64,000 nt of DNA from Prorocentrum cordatum (lineage: Eukaryota): the NCBI GenBank assembly GCA_963575745.1, contig CAUYUJ010000314.1, positions 496,001-560,000 on the forward strand. The letters run 5' to 3'. The number at the start of each line of letters is the position of its first letter. Position 1 is the stretch's first letter. A program made the translations under genes and the position numbers. Shown here in pieces: positions 10,278 to 20,699 of the stretch. The notes below the pieces were generated by a model. That model was given only the letters and a program-made list of their open reading frames with translations, was not told where the DNA came from and searched no databases.

Positions 10278-12767
10278 ATGAGCAGGGTCGCCCCGTCGCC
10301 CGGTGCAATCAGTAGCGCCACGCGGACTGCAATGAAGGCGAACGCGCTGCCCAACAGTCTTTGGCGTGACCGATTGTATCTAGAATTGAGAATGCGCAAG
10401 ATGCTCCCACAGGCAATGAATTTTCTGGTGATCATCACTCTGTTCCTGTTCAATCTGGCGATGGAGCGGCCTGTGGGCGCCATGAATGAAATCAAGGAAA
10501 ACTTTCGGTTCCACTTCAACCTTGATAATGTCAACGAGGTGAACAACTTCCAGGGGATGTATAGCTTTTTGTACGAGTTCTTGGAGGCAGCAGAACGTTT
10601 CGATCCGCTCGACGTGGACAAGTATGTCGAACGTGAATACGACACGCCAGTTTTCACGACCGAGACAGAGATGGTTTATTTGACCAAGCTCAAGCGGTTT
10701 ACGGCAGTGACTGCAGTCGTCGTCAGGCCACAAATTTGGATGACGCGGCGAGAGATTAGAGATTGCACAGGTTTCGCGACAATGTACGATCGGATCTACA
10801 GTTTGGCAAGGCATTTGCGGTTTAAATACAGAGGCGACGCAATCACTGGGGCATGGCAGCCCACGAGTGTCGTCTTCAGGCGTGCAGAGGATGTGCCATA
10901 CGAGCCCATCGGCATCCGGTCAAGCGAACAGCCGTCTGGTCCGTCGAACCCACCACCACCAGAGTCACAGTATACGAGCCCGAATGCAGGGCGCTCGGTT
11001 TTACTGACTTGCACGAGTAGTGCAGTGCGGAACCGAACGATGCGCAATGTTTTAAAAACTAAGTTCAATAATGTAGCGCTTGTGGACGGCGACAGAACTT
11101 TTTTCGGCGATTTTCACGCGGACAAAGTTGACATTCTGGCTTACATGGGCTACAATGTTTATGCCAATGCTGTCAACCTGACAACTCACCCTAGGTGCTT
11201 CATGACGAGCAAGCGTAATGAACATAATCAGATCGAGTGGTCTCTTGACGACGACGGGAATATTGACAGGCACGGGGAGAAAGTGACTGTGAGTGATGTC
11301 GACGAGCGTTGTGAAAGGTCAGCGGATACATGGCATGATGTGCAGACCGACAGGGTAAGAGCACAAGTCTTTCTGTACACTCCCAGCTACGAACTTTTCA
11401 CTCGGATTCTGGTCGAGTGGCACATTGAGAGGTCGGGAAAATTCACTCCCTCATTCCATGTTGAAAGCTTCCAAGAACTCCAGAGCACTGATCGGTACAC
11501 TGCTTGGATTTCTTTGACATTAGTGCAGGTGGGTTTGGGCGTGCTGCAGCTCATCTTGATTCTACGCCGGGTGGCAATCGAAACCCGCGAACGGAGGCTG
11601 TATCCCCGTGCATCGACGTGCACCAACTCTGAGAAAATCGCAATTTCATGTGGGTTTCTTCTGCAGATCGTGTTCATGGTTTTCTACATCACAAGACTTG
11701 CACAGGAGATGGATGGGGGAGACCTGTGGCCATTGGTTGAAAAAGTCTTATCAATCAACCCTTACGCAAGCGAGGAGGCTGCCATGAATTTCATGTCGAA
11801 TCAAAACGCATTGGTTGACCGTGCCCAGTCTTTCCAATCTCTGCGGGTAACGGGCTTTGTGATAGTTTTCGTATCTTTCCTGCAGATTGTAGATTACATG
11901 AGCGTGCACCCTCAGTTAGGCGTGATCCCAAACACCTTGTCATTGATCGTCTCCCAGCTGATCAACTGGATCGGCATCTTCGTAGTTGTTTTTCTGATGT
12001 TGGTTATGCTAGGCCATTGGGCGTTCGGAGAGCAGGTCGACGACTTCTCTTCTGTGTCCAAGACGTTGGTCCTGAGTGGCAACCTCGCCCTTGGCAATTT
12101 TGATTTCATGGCGCTCGAGTCCGAGTTACACGAGACGGCCGATATTGTGCTCTTGGTTGTGTGGGAGTCCGCCATGCTGGCTTTGGTCTTCCTAGTGCTC
12201 CTCAACTTCTTGCTTGCAATTGTTGTGGATGGGTATGCCGTGGTGAAGGGGAGCAGTGAATGCTGCGCGGCGAATGGATTCCTAACCGACCTGTTCAAGT
12301 TTGGCAGGGTCCAGTACATGTACAACAGGCGTGGTTGGCCAAAGAGGGCGCTCCTTATCGAGCATTTGATGGAACTGCCCGACAGGGTGACCGCAGAAGA
12401 CATCCACAGAAGCGGCGCTTTCCGCCAGGATGGGGATGGATCTGATGGAATGTCAGAGTGCCAAGTTTTTTTTGACGCCTACCTTGAAGTCCTCGAGAAG
12501 CTCACCGGGGCGAAAGCCGATGAGGAGCGACGCCCTGAGGCAGAGGAGCCAGGCGGCGGCAAGGAGGGGCAGCTGGCAGCGATCATGCAACAGCTCGAAG
12601 CGCAGATGGCGGCCAGAGATGCAGATCAGAGGGCCAGAGATGCAGACCTCAAGGCCTCCCTGCTCGCAAGGATTGATCGGCTCGAACAGCATCAGGGACA
12701 CCATGCCCCGCCTGGTGAGGGGGTCGCCCGCCCGATCGTACCTCCCGATGAGCCTGATCTTTCCTGA
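10278..12767 (+). CDS. Polycystin-2 (PKD2/TRPP)-like cation channel, intronless retrogene, 829 aa from the first in-frame ATG
   Basis: Hydrophobic S1, long S1-S2 loop ending ELFTRILVEWHIERSGKFTPSF, S4-S5-pore LGHWAFGEQVDDFSSV...LALGNFDF (cf. PKD2 FGTQVDDFSTF...ILGD), S6 FLVLLNFLLAIVVDGYAVVK (cf. [20 protein letters not shown]), and a C-terminal coiled-coil-like segment. Confidence 0.9.
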   Translation: MSRVAPSPGAISSATRTAMKANALPNSLWRDRLYLELRMRKMLPQAMNFLVIITLFLFNLAMERPVGAMNEIKENFRFHFNLDNVNEVNNFQGMYSFLYEFLEAAERFDPLDVDKYVEREYDTPVFTTETEMVYLTKLKRFTAVTAVVVRPQIWMTRREIRDCTGFATMYDRIYSLARHLRFKYRGDAITGAWQPTSVVFRRAEDVPYEPIGIRSSEQPSGPSNPPPPESQYTSPNAGRSVLLTCTSSAVRNRTMRNVLKTKFNNVALVDGDRTFFGDFHADKVDILAYMGYNVYANAVNLTTHPRCFMTSKRNEHNQIEWSLDDDGNIDRHGEKVTVSDVDERCERSADTWHDVQTDRVRAQVFLYTPSYELFTRILVEWHIERSGKFTPSFHVESFQELQSTDRYTAWISLTLVQVGLGVLQLILILRRVAIETRERRLYPRASTCTNSEKIAISCGFLLQIVFMVFYITRLAQEMDGGDLWPLVEKVLSINPYASEEAAMNFMSNQNALVDRAQSFQSLRVTGFVIVFVSFLQIVDYMSVHPQLGVIPNTLSLIVSQLINWIGIFVVVFLMLVMLGHWAFGEQVDDFSSVSKTLVLSGNLALGNFDFMALESELHETADIVLLVVWESAMLALVFLVLLNFLLAIVVDGYAVVKGSSECCAANGFLTDLFKFGRVQYMYNRRGWPKRALLIEHLMELPDRVTAEDIHRSGAFRQDGDGSDGMSECQVFFDAYLEVLEKLTGAKADEERRPEAEEPGGGKEGQLAAIMQQLEAQMAARDADQRARDADLKASLLARIDRLEQHQGHHAPPGEGVARPIVPPDEPDLS

Positions 12768-13492
12768 TCCCGATCTGAGCCCCTACCCGATCCTCACGAT
12801 AGTCGAATGATCTGAGCTGACTCCCTGCCTCAATTCCTGTTCGCTGCATCATGCAGGCGTTGCTTCAGTTTCACCCCTGCTGCCGCCAGAAGTGCCAGGC
12901 TGGTACTCTCGACGAACGCCGAGCCACGCGCTGCCTGAAAGTGTGCTTCGTGGCCGATCTGCTACACGCCCCTCTCTGTTCCCCTCGCCTCCTACCTTTT
13001 TTCATCCACATCCTCGTCCCAGTCGTCGCCCCCCTCCTACTCCTACAGACCTCCTCCCTCCCGCCCGTGAAAGCATGTGTAACTTTAGGTCTTTGCCTCC
13101 GCGTCCAATCCACGGCACCGGTTACTGCTGAAGCTTTGTGCAGTGAGTTGCCACGGTGCAGCGGAGACGTGCTGGCGAAACTGACCGACAGGCTGGTCAT
13201 CTGATCGCAGTCGGCCGGCGAGCACGAGAGCGCCATTTGAAACCCTGGTATGAGCGTGTACTCCACGCGCTCAGGCAGACGAAGGAGCAACCGCACATCG
13301 TGGCGAGCGGTTCCTCCTGACTGTAATCCTTCTGCTGCTACTACTCCTCGTCCTCTTCTGCCCCTCGCTGAGGGGCCGCAGGCCTAGAGAAAGACCGCGC
13401 AGCACGGTGCCGCAAGGACGCGTGCTTGGGTCAAATGTTTGACCTTCGAATTCGAATGTTGCAGAACGGTTGACTTGTCGGGGCCCGGGAGG

Positions 13493-13516
13493 AAAAACAA
13501 AAAAACAACGCGAGGG
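13493..13516 (+). other. Poly(A) relic and target-site duplication of the channel retrogene
   Basis: AAAAACAAAAAAACAA (13493-13508) followed by CGCGAGGG, which duplicates CACGAGGG (10208-10215); the host satellite resumes in register (GAGGG|CCAT). Confidence 0.75.
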
Positions 13517-15980
13517 CCATAGGAGGTCCTCAAGAGGGCCCTCATTTTCCAGGAGAGCCCCACGGCAGCACAGAATGGCCTCCAGACGGCCCAAGAGGCC
13601 CCCAAGACGGCCCAAGAGGCCCCAAAGGCGCCCCAAGAGGCCTTCAGGAGAGCCCCCAAGAGGCAAGCATCGTCCCATTCCCTACGGAAGACGTGGAAGT
13701 TTAGCATCTTCGCTTTTTGTGTCGTAGCAGCGTCCAAGACGGCCCAAGAAGCCTGCGAGATCGCCCCAAGGCGGCCGAAGAGGCCCCCAAAGAGAGCTTC
13801 AAGCCGGGCCAAGAGGACCCCAAGACTGCCCCAAGATCGCCCAAAAGAAGCTCACGAGGCCCCCAAAGGCTCCCAAGAGAGACCCACGAGGGCCATGGGA
13901 GGTCCCCAAGAGGGCCCTAATTTTCCAGGAGAGCCTGACGGCAGCACAAGACGGCCTCCAGACGGCCCAAGAGGCCTCCAAGACGGCCCAAGAGGCCCCA
14001 AAGACGCCCCAAGAGGCCTTCAGGAGAGCCCCCAAGAGGCAAGCATGGTCCCATTCCCTACGGAAGACGTGGAAGTTTAGCATCTCCGCTTTTTGTGTCG
14101 TAGCAGCGTCCAAGACGGCCCAAGAAGCCTGCGAGATCGCCCCAAGGCGGCCGAAGAGGCCCCCAAAGAGAGCTTCAAGCCGGGCCAAGAGGACCCCAAG
14201 ACTGCCCCAAGACCGCCCAAAAGAAGCTAACGAGGCCCCCAAAGGCTCCCAAGAGAGACCCACGAGGGCCATGGGAGGTCCCCAAGAGGGCCCTAATTTT
14301 CCAGGAGAGCCTGACGGCAGCACAAGACGGCCTCCAGACGGCCCAAGAGGCCTCCAAGACGGCCCAAGAGGCCCCAAAGACGCCCCAAGAGGCCTTCAGG
14401 AGAGCCCCCAAGAGGCAAGCATGGTCCCATTCCCTACGGAAGACGTGGAAGTTTAGCATCTTCGCTTTTTGTGTCGTAGCAGCGTCCAAGACGGCCCAAG
14501 AAGCCTGCGAGATCGCCCCGAGGCGGCCGAAGAGGCCCCCAAAGAGAGCTTCAAGCCGGGCCAAGAGGACCCCAAGACTGCCCCAAGACCGCCCAAAAGA
14601 AGCTCACGAGGCCCCCAAAGGCTCCCAAGAGAGACCCACGAGGGCCATGGGAGGTCCCCAAGAGGGCCCTAATTTTCCAGGAGAGCCTGACGGCAGCACA
14701 AGACGGCCTCCAGACGGCCCAAGAGACCTCCAAGACGGCCCAAGAGGCCCCAAAGACGCCCCAAGAGGCCTTCAGGAGAGCCCCCAAGAGGCAAGCATGG
14801 TCCCATTCCCTACGGAAGACGTGGAAGTTTAGCATCTTCGCTTTTTGTGTCGTAGCAGCGTCCAAGACGGCCCAAGAAGCCTGCGAGATCGCCCCAAGGC
14901 GGCCGAAGAGGCCCCCAAAGAGAGCTTCAAGCCGGGCCAAGAGGACCCCAAGACTGCCCCAAGACCGCCCAAAAGAAGCTCACGAGGCCCCCAAAGGCTC
15001 CCAAGAGAGACCCACGAGGGCCATGGGAGGTCCCCAAGAGGGCCCTAATTTTCCAGGAGAGCCTGACGGCAGCACAAGACGGCCTCCAGACGGCCCAAGA
15101 GGCCCCAAGACGGCCAAAGAGGCCCCAAAGGCGCCCCAAGAGGCCTTCAGGAGAGCTCCCAAGAGGCAAACATCGTCCCATTCCCGAAGGAAGACGTGGA
15201 AGTTTAGCATCTTCGCTATTTGTGTCGTAGCAGCGTCCAAGACGGCCCAAGAAGCCTGCGAGATCGCCCCAAGGCGGCCGAAGAGGCCCCCAAAGAGGGC
15301 TTCAAGCTGGGCCAAGAGGACAAGACCACCCAAAAGAAGCTCACGAGGCCCCCAAAGGCTCCCAAGAGAGACCCACGAGGGCCATAGGAGGTCCCCAAGA
15401 GGGCCCTAATTTTCAAGAAGAGAGCCCCACGGCAGCGCAGACCGGCCTCCAGACGGCCCAAGAGGCCTCCAAGACGGCCGAAGAGGCCTCAAAGACGCCC
15501 CAAGAGGCCTTCAGGAGAGCCCCCAAGAGGCAAGCATCGTCCCATTCCCGATGGAAGACGTAGAAGTTTAGCATCTTCGCTTTTTGTGTCGTAGCAGCGT
15601 CCAAGACGGCCCAAGAAGCCTGCGCAATCACCCCAAGGTGGCCGAAGAGGCCCCCAAGAGGGCTTCGAGCTGGGCCAAGAGGACCCCAAGACTGTCCCAA
15701 GACGGCCCAGAAGAAGCTCACGCGGCCCCCAAAGGCTCCCAAGAGAGACCCACGAGGGCCATGGGAGGTCCTCAAGAGGCCCCCAGCTTTCCACGAGAGC
15801 CGGACGGCAGCACAAGACGGCATCCAGACGGCCCAAGAGGCCCCAAGACGGCCCAAGAGGCCCCAAAGGCGCCCCAAGAGGCCTTCAGGAGAGCTCCCAA
15901 GAGGCAAGCATCGTCCCATTCCCGAAGGAAGACGTGGAAGTTTAGCATCTTCGCTATTTGTGTCGTAGCAGCGTCCAAGT
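13509..15980. repeat. 376-bp tandem satellite rich in CCCAAGAGG (related partial unit at ~9890-10215)
   Basis: Matching ORF starts recur at 13895/14271/14647/15023 and 14469/14845 (period 376). Confidence 0.92.
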
Positions 15981-17619
15981 CCCCAAAGCCCTTGGGAGGC
16001 ATTCGTGAGCCCCCCAATAGGTTCTCCAACGAGGAGCCTCGGCAAAACGACCTGCGGGCCGACGTCGAACAAAAACTCCCGAGGATTGCAGAAGCCTGGC
16101 GACTTCCAGCGGCTCCTAACGGTATAAAACCAACGAAAATGTGAGGCATCGCAGACCCCGAACAGTGAGGTGTGGCACTCCAGCAGTGAAAATTCTGCTG
16201 GTAAGCCTAGGTGATGCGAGCAATGCAAGGCAACGGAAAGTAACGCCTCATCGTTCCTCATCGTTCCTGATCCAAAACAGATGCCGGGGTAAGATAACGA
16301 CCCCCCAGAAACAATTGTTCCTCCACAGCGGTCGGTTTGCGTTGTGTCGACGCGGCGGCGACCCCGGCGCGGGCGTTCGGAACGAGCACGGCCAGTGGTC
16401 AGGACTCGGCTTGCGTTGAACGGGAATATGCGATCGTTCACGGCTGAACGATCCAAGCGGTGTCAAAAATCGACGCGAAGGCCGCTACGACACCAGCTGG
16501 CGCAGGATCACTCGAAGAAGGCACGCGATTTTGGTTTGACGTTCTTTCGGAGACTCCAGGTGGCGTTCTCGCGCCACGTGATTGGGTCCGCCTCGAGATT
16601 CGAATCAAAACGCACCGCAAGACAAGTTCGGGTGACGCACGGCTTTGTACAGCGAGGGCAAGAGCAAATAGCAACGGGCGAGGGGACTGGACGGGAAACG
16701 GCCAAAGTTCAAAGGCCAAAGGGGATGGAATTAAGTGCCAACAGATGCAAGGCTTGAGGGATCAAGCTGCATGGCGCGAAGCGCCAATACAGTTTTTCTG
16801 TGTATATAGATATATATATATATATATACATGTATGAATATGTGCGGGCAGCCCCCCAGCACCCTTCTTGACCAGCGTTCACTTACGACGGCGGTGCTGT
16901 TCCTTTCCTCCTCCTCATCTTTCTCTCTCTCTCTCTCTGCTTATATATCTCTCTCTCTCTCTCTCTTTTTCTCTCTCCCACTCTGTATGTATATATATTT
17001 ATAAATGTGTCGATGTCTCTATTTCTCTCTCTCTCTCTCTTTCTCTCGCTTTTTGTCTGTTTGTGTTGATGCTTTCTCTCTCTCTCTGTGTCTTTCTCTC
17101 TCTCTCTCTCTCCCGCCCTCTTCCAGACACCCAACACAATCCTTGTGAAAACAAAAGATTTGCGATGTCAGGCGTGCGTAAGCCTTGTGTTTTCATGTGG
17201 ATGCATGTGATTTCTGGGATGAGAAGTGAGGGATCCATGCGTTTTCATTTTGATGTTTGGAGGATTTAGGGGATTCACCCCTCCAACGAAAATCAAACCC
17301 AGGAGTCCTCCCAGGAGCTCTGATCCCCTAAATCCCAAACAACAAACCGATTGAATGAAAACGCCTTGCTTCCTCACCTTTCATACCGGCAGTACAAACA
17401 TTCAAATGGAACACATGGTTTCCTCATTACTCATGGTAGACATCCCAATCATCCAAGTGTAAAAACAGGGTTCCGGCACCCGTGGCATCGCAAACCTTGT
17501 GTTTTCAGATGGATTGTGTTGGGCGTCTGAGAGAGAGAGGGGAAATAGAAAGAGAGAGAAGGAGAGAGGCAAGAGAGAGAGAGAGAGAGAGAGAAACAGA
17601 CAGACAGCGGGAGACAGAG

Positions 17620-19645
17620 AGGCAGATTCGAGATCCAGCTGATTATAATTATATTCCGATTGGAATACCTTTGAAATGTAAGTATGGTAGGGCGGATCCC
17701 AGATTCAGATGATTCCAATTCGATTCTCGCTGTAGCGTAGTAGAAGTTAATTCGAATTGAGCAGGTCCCAGATCCAGCTGATCCAGATTTGATTCCTACG
17801 GGAATCGATACAGAATTTATTCGAGACTGTGCACATCCCAAATCCAGCCGATTCCAAGTATATTCCGATTGAAACCAAATCAGAATCGAACTAGAATTGA
17901 GCAGATCCCAGATCCAGCTCATTCCCATAAGAGTCTTATTGGGATTCAGTTGCAATCTAATTGGAGTGGAGCGGATCCCAGATCCAGCTGATTCCAAGTT
18001 TACTCCTACTGAAGTCCAGTGGCGCTGCCGCGCGATTCCGCCACCGCGCTTCGGCAAGCGCCCGAGGGGGGGTGGGGGGCGGGCGGGCGCCGTGGGGGAG
18101 GGGCACGTTCTCTGCCTGGAAGGCCAACGACGCAGGGACTTGGTCGCAAAAATGAGCGCACCTTGGGCTCGATGCGTCGGAGGGGCCCAACTACGGTGGG
18201 GAATGTGCGCAGGAGGTTTCAGACCCTGGAGGATTCCTTCTCTGATGGGGGTGACGGTGATGTCCATGGCCGGACATCAGTTGGAGTTCCACCGGCCTCC
18301 AGACCCCGGATTCCTTATCTAAGGGTTCCTTATCCAATGCCCCCACCGTATTGGTTCGCAATGAACGAGGGGGCCGACACACACACACACACCTACCGCT
18401 GCAAGAGCGGTGGCGGATCTATTGCAAATCTAACAAGTACGCAGAACCCAGATCCACCTGATTCTAACCTGTGAAGTGCAAAACCCGGATAGCAGAGCGC
18501 CCGAAGGACGAAGGGCCTGACAAGGGTTGGCGAAGTACTGGCGAGAGGGCCAGAAGGTAAAGTATGCCTGGGGAGCTGGCAAGCTCGGAAAACGCTTGTG
18601 GGAGACGCTTGCCAGGGAACTGGAACGCATGCCTGGGAAGCTTGCAAGCTCCAGAAGCAAGCTTCCAAGGAGCTTCGAAGGAGCTTCGAAGGACCTTCGC
18701 GAGAGCTTCGAGGCACGCGTATTGGGAACGAGTATGAAAACGCTTCCCGGAACACGTTGCGGGGTCAAGCAGGGCGCTCCGGGGATGCTTGCCCTGGAGC
18801 CTTGGAGAGGAGCTGGCGTAGCCCTGCCGGCCGGCTTCTTCTCCAATGACCCTTTTAGCTCTCACAAGGAGCTATCCGGGAATTAGATTCTTATTGTAAT
18901 CGGATTAGAATAGAATTGGGCTGGGCAGATCCCATAGCCAGCTGATTCCAACTGGATTCCTATTGGGATCTGAGTAGAATCTAGTTAGAATTAGAATTGA
19001 GCAAGTCCCAGGCCCAGCTGATTTCAGTTGAATTATTGTGAGGCTCTAGTTGAAATGGGGCAGATCCGAGATCCAGCTGATTCGAGCTTGATTTCTATTG
19101 GACTGCATTTAGAATTTATTTGGAAAAGGGCACATCGCAGATCCAGTTGATTCCAAGTGGTATTCCTATCGGCATCTGATTCGGATTTATTTGGAACCGA
19201 GCAGATCCCAGATCCAGCTGATTCAAAGTTACTCCTCTTACAATCGAACGAGAATCTAATAGGAACTGAGCAGATCCCGGATCCAGCTGATTTCCGTGTG
19301 ATTCGTATTGCAATCGAATTCGAATTCAATTGGAATGGAGCAGATCCCAGATACGGTTGTTTCCAAGTGGATCCCGATTGAAATCGGATACAAATCGAAT
19401 TTGAATTGGGCTGATCCCAGATCCGGCTGCAGCCGAATATATCTATATATATATATATATATGTATCGAGTTGGAGTGTAGTAGATCCCAGATCCAGCTG
19501 ACTCCAATTTGATTCTTGCAGGGATTTACTAAGAATCTAATGTGGCTGGAGCGGATCCCAGATCCAGCCCATTCCAATCTGATTAGTTTTGGAATTTACT
19601 TTGGATCTAATTAGAAATGCGCAGATCACAGATCCAGCTGTTCCC
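17620..19645. repeat. 70-bp-period array with conserved core GCAGATCCCAGATCCAGCTGATTCCAA, interrupted at ~18020-18900
   Basis: Core at ~17622, 17692, 17761, 17831, 17901, 17971, one isolated at ~18440, then ~18925 to 19621 at mostly 70-bp spacing. Confidence 0.85.
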
Positions 19646-19811
19646 CTTAGATTGCAGCACGATAAAGCGGCGGAGAAATGACGAATATGAAAGATGGATG
19701 AGGCACGGATGAAAAGAAGGCGGATGATCAGTAAGAGCACGAATGAAGAGGTCAACGACCGATGTAACATGAATGGGTGCGGGGGGGTTGCGCTATATGG
19801 ATGTATGGATA

Positions 19812-20635
19812 CAAGACTGCATTGGTGCTTCGCGCCATGCACCTTGGTCCTTGGAGTTTGGAGTGCAGGCCGAATGGCAGGAAGGTCAAGCAGACAATTT
19901 AGCGATAATTCCGTGCTGCCTTTTTCCGGATACGCCGTCAGAATAATGTTATTCGGCATCGTTATTCCATGCTTCTTTTTCCTTATTCTCGCCTTACCCT
20001 GCGAATTCTCCCCCATCCTTCTGAGCTCTTTTTGCGGACGCTCCGCCTTGGAGAACTTCTGGGGGCCTCACGGAAGTTTCTCGGGTTTTCTTAAGTTATT
20101 CGGGCCACCTTGCCGCCAGCCGCGGTCTTCTTGAACGACTGGGTCACGATTCGGAATGCTTCGGAGGGTGTCTTGGCCATCTTGGGCCGGCATGGGGCTC
20201 TCTTAGGCCATTTTGGAACCCTGTTGCGCCGTCTTGGGGCTTTCTTGGACTGCCTGGAAGCCTTTTTGAGCCTCCCAGGCCGTCTCGGACGCCCAGAAGA
20301 CCGAAGATCCGGGCATTCCCAAAATAATGCGAAAAAACATGGATCATGGAACATCTAAGTTTTCTATGTTTTGGAAGCCTCTTGGGTTTTTCGGTGGGGT
20401 CGTCTTCGGGCGTCTGGTGGGTGTCTGGGGCGTCTTGGGGCCCTCGCGGGGGCGTTTGGCCGCCCTCCAGACCGGTTTGGGCCCGTTGCCAAGGAGCACT
20501 GAAACGCCTGGGGGGCCTCCTGCAGGGGCGTCCAGGGGGTCCCCGGGGCCACGGATCCGGGGGGTCCAGAGGGTCCTGAGGGCCCAGGATTCGGGGGGTC
20601 CGATTTCGTGGGGGGGTGTCCCAGGGGAATATGGA
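19812..20635 (-). mobile_element. Non-autonomous Helitron-like element, copy 3
   Basis: Minus strand starts A|TCCATAT and ends in hairpin TGGCGC-GAA-GCACCA then CTTG|T; collinear with 3694-4580. Confidence 0.6.
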
Positions 20636-20699
20636 TAGATGGGTATGTTCATATGTATGAATACATACGTATACATGTGTATATAGGTTCTGTCTGTCA

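Noticed and set aside
17620..19645. CRISPR array
   Set aside because: Eukaryotic context, no cas genes, degenerate repeats and mutually similar spacers; better explained as a 70-bp satellite.
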